The notes under the pieces were generated by a model. That model was not told where the DNA came from. It saw only the letters and a program-made list of their open reading frames with translations, and searched no databases. Position numbers and translations under genes: made by a program. A stretch of DNA of 24,000 nucleotides from Bacillota bacterium LX-D. GTDB lineage: Bacteria; Bacillota; DUOV01; Zhaonellaceae. How positions within the stretch are numbered: the stretch's first letter is position 1; each line of letters starts with the position of its first letter. Positions 1 through 8,555 of this stretch are shown here, piece by piece. Where the stretch lies: the NCBI GenBank assembly GCA_031628995.1, contig JAVLUO010000010.1, positions 35,003 through 59,002 on the forward strand. The letters are read 5' to 3'.

Positions 1-1090
1 GGACAATGGAATCATCTACAATGGCAACTTTTTTTCCTGCCAGTAGACCTGGCACCGGGTTTAATTTAAGCTGCACTTCTCTTTCTCTTTGCCTTTGGTT
101 CGGTTGAATAAAAGTACGCCCTAAATAGCGATTCTTGGCTAAGCCTTCCCGAAAGGGAAGCTGCTTTTCTTCTGCAAAACCTAAGGCAGCAGTAATACCT
201 GATTCAGGAACTGCAATAACCAAATCAACATCAATGTTAACTTCCCGTGCCAATTGTTTGCCAAAAGACCTGCGCACTTCATTGACAAGCTGGTTATCGA
301 TTTTACTATCCTGTCTAGCTAAATAAATATATTCAAAGACACATAATCTCTGTTGTTCCGCAGAAATATTGATGGATCTGAGACCTTTTTGGGTAATTTG
401 GATTATTTCTCCCGGTTTGATATCTCTAATCAACTGAGCACCAATAGTATCTAAAGCGCACGATTCTGAGGCTAAGACGTAGCTGCCTCTCTTTAGTTTT
501 CCTAAGCATAATGGCCTTACTCCATGAGGATCTCTGGCTCCAACTAATTGGTTTTCTGTTAAAACCAGTACCGAATAGGCTCCTTGGACCTGGGTAAATA
601 CTTGGGCAAGTAATTCTGGTGAAAACTGGGCCTCGGTTCCGGTTAATAATTTGAGGATAACTTCGCTATCGCTAGTCGTTTCGAATTTAACGCCTTTGGT
701 GGCTAACCGCTTGCGCAGTTTAAAGCTGTTGACCAGGTTGCCATTATGGGCCAATGCTATATTTGGGGTGCTGGAGGAAGAAAGTAAGGGCTGAGCATTG
801 GCCAATGTGCTTTGACCAGTTGTGGAATAACGCACATGGCCAATGGCAAAATCCCCCTTTAAATCAGCTAATTTTTCCTTCGTAAAAACATCTGTCACCA
901 GACCCATTCCTTTGTGCAACTGCAAACTTTTTCCATCTGCAGCAGCAATGCCGGCACTTTCCTGCCCCCGGTGCTGAAGGGCCAATAAACCGTAATAGGT
1001 GAGACGGGAGACATCTTCTAAAGGAGCGTAAATACCAAAGACACCACATTCGTCCTTAGGTTTGTCATCAATCTGCTTAGGGGCCATCAT
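1..1090 (-). CDS. purF: Amidophosphoribosyltransferase (PurF), C-terminus truncated by window edge
   Basis: Minus-strand reading frame open to base 1, absent from the ORF track. N-terminus reads MMAPKQIDDKPKDECGVFGIYAPLEDVSRLTYYGLLALQHRGQESAGIAA, with short propeptide then catalytic Cys (CGVFG), and downstream GHVRYSTTG, LAHNGNL, DPHGVRPLCLG, VIAVPESG and VAIVDDS (PRPP motif). Confidence 0.95.
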   Translation of the reverse strand, partial: MMAPKQIDDKPKDECGVFGIYAPLEDVSRLTYYGLLALQHRGQESAGIAAADGKSLQLHKGMGLVTDVFTKEKLADLKGDFAIGHVRYSTTGQSTLANAQPLLSSSSTPNIALAHNGNLVNSFKLRKRLATKGVKFETTSDSEVILKLLTGTEAQFSPELLAQVFTQVQGAYSVLVLTENQLVGARDPHGVRPLCLGKLKRGSYVLASESCALDTIGAQLIRDIKPGEIIQITQKGLRSINISAEQQRLCVFEYIYLARQDSKIDNQLVNEVRRSFGKQLAREVNIDVDLVIAVPESGITAALGFAEEKQLPFREGLAKNRYLGRTFIQPNQRQREREVQLKLNPVPGLLAGKKVAIVDDSIV

Positions 1091-1095
1091 GGTTT

Positions 1096-2388
1096 TTAAG
1101 CAATACCAAAGTATTTGGCAGCTACATCACTGGCGCAATTGGTACCGCACATAGCACAGCCGTCTTGCTGAGGTTGTTTTGCTTTAATTGCCCGAGCTTT
1201 TTCAGGATCAATGGCAAAGGAGAGCTGTTTGTCAAAATCTAAGGCTACTCTAGCCTGGGCCATTGCTAAATCTTTAGCTTGAGAACTAGTTTTCTTACGA
1301 GCTATATTTACGGCATGAGCAGCCATTTTAATGGCCAAAATACCCTGTTTAACATCTTCGTCAGTAGGCAGTCCTAAATGTTCAGCAGGTGTTACATAGC
1401 AGAGAAAATCTGCTCCTACGTAGCCGGCATAGGCTCCGCCGATAGCTGCTGTAAGATGATCATAGCCAGGGGCAATATCTGTGGCCAAAGTCCCTAGGAT
1501 ATAATAGGGGGCATTGTGACATAAACGTTTTTGGAGCAAAATAGTGGTATCTACATGATGGAGAGGAACGTGTCCAGGACCTTCAACCATAACTTGAACT
1601 CCAGCTTCCTGAGCTCTTTTTACTAATTCTCCGGCGACGATTAAACCGGCAATTTGGGCAGCGTCTAGAGAATCAGCTAAGGAGCCAGGCCGAATAGCAT
1701 CTCCAACACTTAAGACTACATCATATTTTTTCATAATCTCTAGGACCCGGTCAAATTGCTCATAGAGGGGGTTTTCTTTTTCGTTGTGGAGCATCCAGCC
1801 TGTCATAAATGAACCTCCGCGGCTTACAACATCAGTAACACGGCCGGTTTTCTGCAATTGATCCAAGACAGTCATGTTCAGGGCAGCATGAACGGCCATA
1901 AAATCCATCCCATCGGCAGCTTGTTTTTCAATTATGGCAAAAATATCCTCAGGATCCATTTTAACAATATTGCCGTTTTTTTCAATTGATTCAATTCCTG
2001 CTTGATAAAGAGGAACGCAGCCTACGGCAACATTGGCATTTTCCAAAGAAAACTTCCGCATGGCATCAATGTCCCCGCCTGTACTTAAGTCCATAACGGA
2101 ATTGCAGCCAGCTGCTTCAGCAGCCCTTAATTTTATACCTTCAAATTCATAGGAATCCCTGTCGCTGGAAGTGCCATATAAGGCGTTAATTTTAACGGTT
2201 AAACCAGCGCCAATTCCACAGGGCCTAATTTTTTTATACTTTTTACGATTTTGATTAATGGGGATGACAATGCTTCCCTTGGCAATACCTTCTTGGATAA
2301 ATTCCACAGGGAGTTGTTCATATTCTGCAACTTTTTGCATTTCCTCTGTTATATTACCGGCTCTTGCTTCTAATACTTGGGTTGTCAT
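1096..2388 (-). CDS. bzaB: ThiC-family radical SAM enzyme, second of two tandem paralogs; probable BzaB (5-hydroxybenzimidazole synthase component)
   Basis: 430 aa ThiC-like protein (NGNIV..., EGPGHVPL, DIAPGYDH, C-terminal CAMCGTNC). Located directly after another ThiC paralog, behind a cobalamin riboswitch and next to cobT and radical SAM/methyltransferase genes. The bzaA versus bzaB labels are assigned by gene order only. Confidence 0.75.
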   Translation of the reverse strand: MTTQVLEARAGNITEEMQKVAEYEQLPVEFIQEGIAKGSIVIPINQNRKKYKKIRPCGIGAGLTVKINALYGTSSDRDSYEFEGIKLRAAEAAGCNSVMDLSTGGDIDAMRKFSLENANVAVGCVPLYQAGIESIEKNGNIVKMDPEDIFAIIEKQAADGMDFMAVHAALNMTVLDQLQKTGRVTDVVSRGGSFMTGWMLHNEKENPLYEQFDRVLEIMKKYDVVLSVGDAIRPGSLADSLDAAQIAGLIVAGELVKRAQEAGVQVMVEGPGHVPLHHVDTTILLQKRLCHNAPYYILGTLATDIAPGYDHLTAAIGGAYAGYVGADFLCYVTPAEHLGLPTDEDVKQGILAIKMAAHAVNIARKKTSSQAKDLAMAQARVALDFDKQLSFAIDPEKARAIKAKQPQQDGCAMCGTNCASDVAAKYFGIA

Positions 2389-2422
2389 GGTTATAACCTT
2401 CCTTTTCCTATAGATTTTGTAT

Positions 2423-3721
2423 TTAACAGCTTACTTTGGCAGTATGTAAAAACTCGGAAACAACTTTCATAGCACAGTATTTGCCACACATAGTACATTC
2501 CGAGGAAAAATCACCGCTGCGCTCTTTCCAGATTTTTTCCGCTCTTTCCGGATCAACAGCCAAGGCAAATTGTTTTTTCCAATCCAATAATTTTCTAGCC
2601 TTAGACATTGCTAAATCCCACTGGTCGGCTCCTGGCACGCCCTTAGCTACATCGCCGGCATGGGCAGCAATACGGGCAATAATTACACCTTCATGGACTT
2701 CTTCCACATCGGGGAGGCCCAGGTGCTCAGAAGCAGTTACATAACAAATGAAATCTGCTCCGGACCAAGCGCTAAGGGCTCCTCCAATGGCTGCATTATA
2801 GTGGTCATAACCAGGGGTAATATCAGTTACCAGAGGACCAAAGACAAAGTAAGGTGCTCCTTGACAAAGTGTTTTTTGTAAATTGATGGTAGACTTTATT
2901 TGATCAACAGGTACATGACCAGGACCTTTAACCATAATCTGGACACCTGCTTTTCTAGCCCTCCGGACTAAATCCCCTAAGATAGACATTTCTTTAACTT
3001 GAGGCCAATCTAAGGAGTCAGCAATAGCACCGGGACGCATTCCATCGGCTAAACTTATGGTCACATCATATTTTCGGCAAATCTCCAAAATACGATCATA
3101 ATAGGTATAAAGAGGATTTTCCTTACCAGTGTGGACCATCCAGCCAATTAAATGGGAACCTCCATAGCTAACTAAGGGATCTACCCGGCCTTCACTTTTT
3201 GCTAGTTCCATAACCTCTCTAGTTAGGCCGCAGTGCATAGCTAAAAAGTCTACTCCGTCAGCAGCTTGGCGTTCAATAACTTCTAAAAGTTCCTCTTCTT
3301 TCATTTCTAAGGAGGAACCGTATTTAGCAGCTGCTTCCGCCATGGCCTGGTAGAGGGGGAGAGTCCCTACAGGTGTTGGGGTGGCTAAGAGTGATTCTTT
3401 CCGCATGGCATCTATATCTCCGCTGACACTTAAATCCATAATAGAATCTGTTTTGGCGTGGACAGCGGCTTTAATTTTCGCCAACTCTGTATTGGGATCG
3501 CAAGTTGAGCCATATAAGCCAACACTGGCGCTAACTTTGGTCCTTAGGCCTGCTCCAATACCTGTAGGTTTACGATTTGTTCTGTTAATATTACAGGGAA
3601 TAACAATTGTACCTGCGGCCACTCCTGCTCGAATAAATTCTGGGCTTACATTTTCATCCTTCGCTACTTGTTCCATTTCAACTGTAATAATGCCTTGTAC
3701 TGCACTCTCAATTTGGGTCAA
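2423..3721 (-). CDS. bzaA: ThiC-family radical SAM enzyme, first of two tandem paralogs; probable BzaA
   Basis: 432 aa ThiC-like protein (KGPGHVPVDQI, DITPGYDHYNAAIGG, C-terminal CTMCGKYC). TTG start (3721-3719) preceded by GAGGAGG. First gene after the cobalamin riboswitch and terminator. Confidence 0.75.
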   Translation of the reverse strand: MTQIESAVQGIITVEMEQVAKDENVSPEFIRAGVAAGTIVIPCNINRTNRKPTGIGAGLRTKVSASVGLYGSTCDPNTELAKIKAAVHAKTDSIMDLSVSGDIDAMRKESLLATPTPVGTLPLYQAMAEAAAKYGSSLEMKEEELLEVIERQAADGVDFLAMHCGLTREVMELAKSEGRVDPLVSYGGSHLIGWMVHTGKENPLYTYYDRILEICRKYDVTISLADGMRPGAIADSLDWPQVKEMSILGDLVRRARKAGVQIMVKGPGHVPVDQIKSTINLQKTLCQGAPYFVFGPLVTDITPGYDHYNAAIGGALSAWSGADFICYVTASEHLGLPDVEEVHEGVIIARIAAHAGDVAKGVPGADQWDLAMSKARKLLDWKKQFALAVDPERAEKIWKERSGDFSSECTMCGKYCAMKVVSEFLHTAKVSC

Positions 3722-3821
3722 TTTAATTACCTCCTCACAGAATATTTGTAATTTTGCAAATAATTGGCAACAATTTTAAAATACATTTCCATTGAAATTT
3801 GCTTAGTGCTAAAGCAGTTTT

Positions 3822-3867
3822 CGAAAAATAAAAAAGTCCACAACTAAAATTAGTTGTAGACTTTTCC
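3822..3867 (-). terminator. Intrinsic terminator of riboswitch B (expression platform upstream of bzaA)
   Basis: Minus strand AAAAGTCTACAACTAATTTTAGTTGTGGACTTTTTTATTTTT: long stem GTCTACAACTA/TAGTTGTGGAC (one GU) followed by a T-rich tract. Confidence 0.85.
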
Positions 3868-3918
3868 ATGATCTACGAACTTCACCGCCTTTACACACGA
3901 AGGCTGGTTCAGAGTAAT

Positions 3919-4075
3919 AGGCAGGTCTCCTGACTAACGGGTCATAGCTCGCATTTATGCCTTCCCAGGCTGAGCCCAGTGACATAAACAACTCTCCGAC
4001 TACAGTGGCGGGTCCGTGCCGTTTGTGGGATAACCACTTCGGACTTCCCTATTATTCCCAAGGGAACCTATTACC
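3919..4075 (-). promoter_or_regulatory. Cobalamin (B12) riboswitch aptamer B, upstream of bzaA-bzaB-purF
   Basis: Minus strand contains cobalamin aptamer signatures: AATAGGGAAGTCCGAAGTGGTTATCC, CACGGACCCGCCACTGTAG, CAGCCTGGGAAGG and AGTCAGGAGACCTGCC. Confidence 0.93.
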
Positions 4076-4093
4076 GTATTTGATTATATAAGT

Positions 4094-4122
4094 AATATAT
4101 ATTCTCTAAAACTATTTGTCAA
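4094..4122 (-). promoter_or_regulatory. Predicted sigma-A promoter for riboswitch B transcript
   Basis: Minus strand TTGACA (4122-4117), 17-nt spacer, TATATT (4099-4094), just upstream of the aptamer and just after the end of the radical SAM ORF. Confidence 0.7.
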
Positions 4123-4163
4123 TACTTTTTTTCTAAAAAAGCAATAAAATTTAGCTTTTTATT

Positions 4164-5660
4164 TCAATCTTCCAGTAAAGCAGCTATTCTGCTTTGAGCA
4201 TCATTTACTAAAACAGCCACTTTATCATCTGTCAATTCTTTACCTGCTTCCAAATCTTGCAGTATCTTTTCAAAGCTAGCCACAAGCAAATTGTTGATCT
4301 GAGAGTAACGGCTGCCGGCATTTTCTGGCGACTGTCTTCTGCCGCTCCAAATGGGATCCATTTGCACAAATAAATAATTAGTGATTTGGCTCATGGCTTG
4401 AGCAAAGTTAGCAATCTGGGGATGGAGAAAAGAAGTCATCCCTTCATAGGTAGTAGCGCGTAACTGCAATCTACCTGCTTCCTGTAATGCTTGATAGGCT
4501 TTAGTACCTTGCAAAATAATTTGGGGATGATAAAGTACATTAGCTGTAATGGCTAAATTATTGAGCAAAGAGTTTCTTTGGAGAAATGAAAAATTAAGGC
4601 GCAAATCTTCCACAGAAGAGTCTGGCTCAAACATAATAAATCCGACGTTGGGCTCAATGCCATGGTGACGTAAAATCCTTAGAGCATTTTCATTTTGGGC
4701 AACGGTAGTCATTTTATTTAAACGCTTGAGGGAAGCATCTTTCCCACTTTCTAAGCCAATTAGAATATGGCGCAGTCCAGCATCCACTAAAGCCCCAATT
4801 GTTTCCTCCCGAATGTCATTAGCCCGAGCTTCAATGCCGAAATGTATCTTTCGTGCTTTCAAAAGCTCCGCTAAGACTAGGGCTCTTTCCTGGCCTTGCT
4901 GCCCTGGACCAAAAAAGTTAGGGTCAGTAAAGTAAAAGTCCTTTTTCTGGTATTTAGCAATAACTTCATCAATTTCGGCGGCGATATTTTCAGGACTTCT
5001 TCCTCGCCATTTGGTGCAGCCATAGTATGGGTTAATGTAGCAAAAAGTACAGCCTCCATAACAGCCTCGGCTGCCTTCCAAATTTACTTCTCCTATGTTT
5101 AGCATTGCTTTAGTCCGTAAGGGGAAGGGCAGCTGATTTAAATCGGCAATTACTTCCCGACGCTGACCATGGAAAGCACCTTCTTCGTCCTGCCAAGCAA
5201 GGCCGGGAATATTTTTAAAATTATCATTGGTAAAGGGCTGAGCAGCTAACTGGGCAAAGGTAATCTCAGGTTCTCCTAAAATTACTGCGGCAATAGCCGG
5301 ACAGTGGTGCAAAATCTCTTTGTAAGCAAAGGTAGGATAATAACCATAGGCTACTATGGTGTCAACCAATCCTTGCTTTTGAATTTTTTGCAAGAATGTA
5401 TAAAGCTTTACATTATTTTCCCAGTTATAGACTAAATGAATCCCTAGGAGATCAGGCTGAAAGGCTGCTATTTTTTGCTCTATTTCCTCATAAGCTAATT
5501 TCTCCAGGTAACCTTCGACTATTTTCACTTCATGCCCTTGACTAACTAACATGGCGGCGCTGTAGCCTGTAATTAGGCTGGAAGAAAGCGGAGTATTGGC
5601 AATGTCATTACAGCGCCCTGGGTCCGTTTGTCGAGGGTGTTCCAGTAAAAGAATTTTCAT
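4164..5660 (-). CDS. bzaE: B12-binding-domain radical SAM protein, probable BzaE-like enzyme of anaerobic benzimidazole biosynthesis
   Basis: 498 aa: N-terminal cobalamin-binding-like domain, then GCYGGCTFCY (CxxxCxxC radical SAM motif). Separated by 1 nt from the upstream radical SAM gene. The bzaD versus bzaE labels are by operon order. Confidence 0.65.
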   Translation of the reverse strand: MKILLLEHPRQTDPGRCNDIANTPLSSSLITGYSAAMLVSQGHEVKIVEGYLEKLAYEEIEQKIAAFQPDLLGIHLVYNWENNVKLYTFLQKIQKQGLVDTIVAYGYYPTFAYKEILHHCPAIAAVILGEPEITFAQLAAQPFTNDNFKNIPGLAWQDEEGAFHGQRREVIADLNQLPFPLRTKAMLNIGEVNLEGSRGCYGGCTFCYINPYYGCTKWRGRSPENIAAEIDEVIAKYQKKDFYFTDPNFFGPGQQGQERALVLAELLKARKIHFGIEARANDIREETIGALVDAGLRHILIGLESGKDASLKRLNKMTTVAQNENALRILRHHGIEPNVGFIMFEPDSSVEDLRLNFSFLQRNSLLNNLAITANVLYHPQIILQGTKAYQALQEAGRLQLRATTYEGMTSFLHPQIANFAQAMSQITNYLFVQMDPIWSGRRQSPENAGSRYSQINNLLVASFEKILQDLEAGKELTDDKVAVLVNDAQSRIAALLED

Positions 5661-5661
5661 T

Positions 5662-6993
5662 CTATTTTACCTCCTGCCACATAAAAACATTGTTCCATAA
5701 ATGATAAGTTTCCAGTTCATAACGCAAAGTTTCATAGGGCTTAGGGTTGTAGTAAACAGGGTAGAGCAGGTCTGTTTCGGGACCAATTAACCCTTCCTCT
5801 GCGGCTCTGGCGGCAATGGCGGTTCCCGGCATAATGCGAATATTATTTAAGACAATGGTACCGAGATTTCTTTGGGTTCGGTGCAGCTCATAAAGCCGAT
5901 GGAGCAATTGTTTACTTTCCCTAATAGTTTCTTGATTTTCCCCAGGTACATTGACCATAAAATGGTACATAGTAACTACCTCAGTACTGGCAGCCAAGGC
6001 TGCTGCTTGCAGAATATCATCGATGCTTAAATTTTTGCCTAAAACAGCCAATGCTTCTTCATGAAGACCATCTGGCGAAAAGGAAAAACAGTTGCAGCCT
6101 CCTTTGGCAAAAAGTTGAATATTATTTTTGTTTAAGCAGTCTTCACGGAAAAAGCCGCTCCAAGTTATGTGTAACTCCCGCCGGATTATTTCTTCGCAAA
6201 TTGCTTCTAAATGCCCAGCAGGCATATTAATGACAGGGTCGTTAAAATGAAAATTAGTAACTCCATATTTCTTATATAAAAACTCTAATTCATCTACTAC
6301 TTCCAAAGGCTGACGACAGCGCATTTTTTTCCCTTGCAGCTGATGATAAACGCAGTAGGTGCAGTTTAAAGGACAGCCTCTTTTAGTTTCAATGCCTATT
6401 GTAGGAACATAATTGTTGATGCCCTCGTAAAGCTTAGGCGATAATAGCTCACGGTTAGGCACTACATAAGCTTCTAAGTCATAATCCCTGGCCGGAGGAT
6501 TCAGCTGCACCTTGTTGTCTTGGCGGAAACACAATCCCTTAATGTCTGGGGGATTGTCAAGTGCAGCAAGTAGGGCCGGGAAAGAATGTTCTGCTTCTCC
6601 CCGGATGCCATAATGAATTTCCGGCAGTTCATTCATAATCCGTTCAGGAAAAAGGGAAAAACCCGTCCCTCCGGCAATGATCCGAGCCGTAGGCAGCAGG
6701 GCGGCAATGAGACGCACTGTGGCAATAAAAGGAGGGAGGAGGGAACTGGTTTTATTAGCCAAAGGATCAATATTGCGCAAGGACAAGCCTACAACCTCAG
6801 GCTGGTACTCTAGTAATTTCTCTTTTAGTTCTCCATAAGGATCCAAAGTAGTATTCATATCTAAGAGAGCAACTTCATGGCCGGCTCTTTTTAAATGGGT
6901 AGCTAAAGTTACAATGCCGATGGGATATACCTTTTCTTGGGTAAAACCTTCCACAGAAGGGGTTTGCACCATAAGTACACGCATTTTATTCAC
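5662..6993 (-). CDS. bzaD: B12-binding-domain radical SAM protein, probable BzaD-like enzyme
   Basis: 443 aa: MNKMRVLMVQTPS..., RGCPLNCTYC (CxxxCxxC). Start overlaps the stop region of the upstream methyltransferase gene by 4 nt. Position after cobT and the methyltransferase. Confidence 0.65.
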   Translation of the reverse strand: MNKMRVLMVQTPSVEGFTQEKVYPIGIVTLATHLKRAGHEVALLDMNTTLDPYGELKEKLLEYQPEVVGLSLRNIDPLANKTSSLLPPFIATVRLIAALLPTARIIAGGTGFSLFPERIMNELPEIHYGIRGEAEHSFPALLAALDNPPDIKGLCFRQDNKVQLNPPARDYDLEAYVVPNRELLSPKLYEGINNYVPTIGIETKRGCPLNCTYCVYHQLQGKKMRCRQPLEVVDELEFLYKKYGVTNFHFNDPVINMPAGHLEAICEEIIRRELHITWSGFFREDCLNKNNIQLFAKGGCNCFSFSPDGLHEEALAVLGKNLSIDDILQAAALAASTEVVTMYHFMVNVPGENQETIRESKQLLHRLYELHRTQRNLGTIVLNNIRIMPGTAIAARAAEEGLIGPETDLLYPVYYNPKPYETLRYELETYHLWNNVFMWQEVK

Positions 6994-8540
6994 TCCAGTA
7001 ACAAAATAGCATAGTATTTAATAAAATCATCTTGGTCAGCTAAGGTTTTTAAACTAAGCCCTGCATTTCTGACCGTTGTAAAAACATCAATGCCTGAACT
7101 TTCCATGGAAGGCCGGGCATTTTTAGTGTTATGGCAAATGCCGTCAGCAGCACACTGGTTACAGATACTGCAAGGCCCTGCCCAATAAGCAAGAGCTTTA
7201 TGGTAGCCGGCTTTAAATGCCGTTTTTTCAGCTTGCAGCACCAGCTTTTGAAACTCATTAGTAGGGGGAGCTCCTTGTAATAGCAAACACTGAGTATAAT
7301 CCGCCAGTACTTGACGGGTTTTTTCCGCAGTAGGGCTATTAGGTGGACAGTGAGGTTTCCCATAACTGCTGCAGCCAAACTGACAGCGGAGAGCTGTCCA
7401 GTTTGGTATATGGATTGCTTCTATAGGAATAGGCAAAGCCTGTTGGAATCCTAAAGTTTTAATTTTAGCAGCTAATTGAGTTTTTTTGTCTAAACAAAGA
7501 TTTTCTAAAATATTTTCCTCTTTGGCTGCCACAATTAAGGCCGTATCCGAGGCCGGAGATAGAAGCTCAGTTTGGTAAAGTTTTAACTTGGCTAATTCCT
7601 CTTTCACCCAACTGGCAGGAAATACTCTGCCATTATAGGTATTGGTCAGCATATTCAAATCAAAGAGGGCTGCTTTAGCTGGGTTGTGCTCATCAAAGAA
7701 ATCATGAATCAATAAGATACCGTTGCTTTTCAGGCACTTTGCTGCTTTGTGCAGCAGCTCAGGAATTTCTTCCTCGGAATAAGCGTGAATAATGTTAGAT
7801 AGTATGACTAAATCAAAGCTATTATCCTCCACAGGCCAATCCTCTAGAATATTGGCAGGATAGAAATTAAGCCTGGCTCCATACTTTTCGCCAGCTAATT
7901 CCCGGCCATAGTCCAGTACCTGCTGAAGGTCTAGTAAAGTTGCCTCAGTTTGGGGGAAACGATCTAAAAAACCTTTAGCAACTGTGCCTACTCCAGAGCC
8001 TACATCTAAAATTTTTCCTGACAAATTAATCCGGGCAAAGAAAGGCAGCATTTCCTGAACTTTAGTTTGGGCAGCAGCGCTCATGGCACGACTATATTTC
8101 CTTATCCTATCAATCAATTCTTGAGGATCTTCGTCATTCTGAGCAAAAACCACTCTTCTGCCGGCTTGCAAACAGCCTTGAAGGCTTCGCCAATTCTCCG
8201 TCAGGTATTTACGCCAGAGAATAGCTTCGCCTTGGTAATCCTGGCTGGTTTTGACTAGATATTGACGGGAAATTTTTGTATTAAAATAAGTTTCTTGAAA
8301 TTCAAAAAGTAGTCCCAAGGAGCAAAGAGCCTTAAGGAAGCGTTTTAAAGCACCTTGATTTAATTTCAGGAGCTTAGTAAGCTCTGCCAAGCTTTTTCCA
8401 TTAGGTTCCATAGCAGTAAATACATCTAATTCTACTGCTGTAAAAAGGGCCTCGGAAAACCAGTAGGCTGTGGCTAAATCCTCCAAATATTGGGGATTAG
8501 TTGTTTGAGGGTCATTTTGTAAAAATGCCAAAGGGCTCAT
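6990..8540 (-). CDS. bzaC: Fused protein: N-terminal SAM-dependent O-methyltransferase (BzaC-like) plus C-terminal DUF2284-like Cys-rich domain
   Basis: 516 aa. N-terminal winged-helix dimerisation plus Rossmann methyltransferase (KILDVGSGVGTVAKGFLDRFPQ, LVILSNIIHAYS). C-terminal CQFGCSSYGKPHCPPNSPT...GPCSICNQCAADGICHN resembles DUF2284 metal-binding proteins. Good SD (AAGGATGTGG). Confidence 0.75.
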   Translation of the reverse strand: MSPLAFLQNDPQTTNPQYLEDLATAYWFSEALFTAVELDVFTAMEPNGKSLAELTKLLKLNQGALKRFLKALCSLGLLFEFQETYFNTKISRQYLVKTSQDYQGEAILWRKYLTENWRSLQGCLQAGRRVVFAQNDEDPQELIDRIRKYSRAMSAAAQTKVQEMLPFFARINLSGKILDVGSGVGTVAKGFLDRFPQTEATLLDLQQVLDYGRELAGEKYGARLNFYPANILEDWPVEDNSFDLVILSNIIHAYSEEEIPELLHKAAKCLKSNGILLIHDFFDEHNPAKAALFDLNMLTNTYNGRVFPASWVKEELAKLKLYQTELLSPASDTALIVAAKEENILENLCLDKKTQLAAKIKTLGFQQALPIPIEAIHIPNWTALRCQFGCSSYGKPHCPPNSPTAEKTRQVLADYTQCLLLQGAPPTNEFQKLVLQAEKTAFKAGYHKALAYWAGPCSICNQCAADGICHNTKNARPSMESSGIDVFTTVRNAGLSLKTLADQDDFIKYYAILLLE

Positions 8541-8555
8541 TATTCCACATCCTTC

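Noticed and set aside
135-3779. Plus-strand ORFs 135..326, 2436..2744, 2660..2881, 3381..3779 and minus-strand 864..1049
   Set aside because: Overlap the clearly coding purF and thiC-family genes on other frames, show low-complexity or unrecognisable translations and lack ribosome-binding sites. Treated as shadow ORFs.
3809-3991. Minus-strand 60-aa ORF 3809..3991
   Set aside because: Lies across riboswitch B 3' half and its terminator; the RNA structures explain the sequence better than a peptide.
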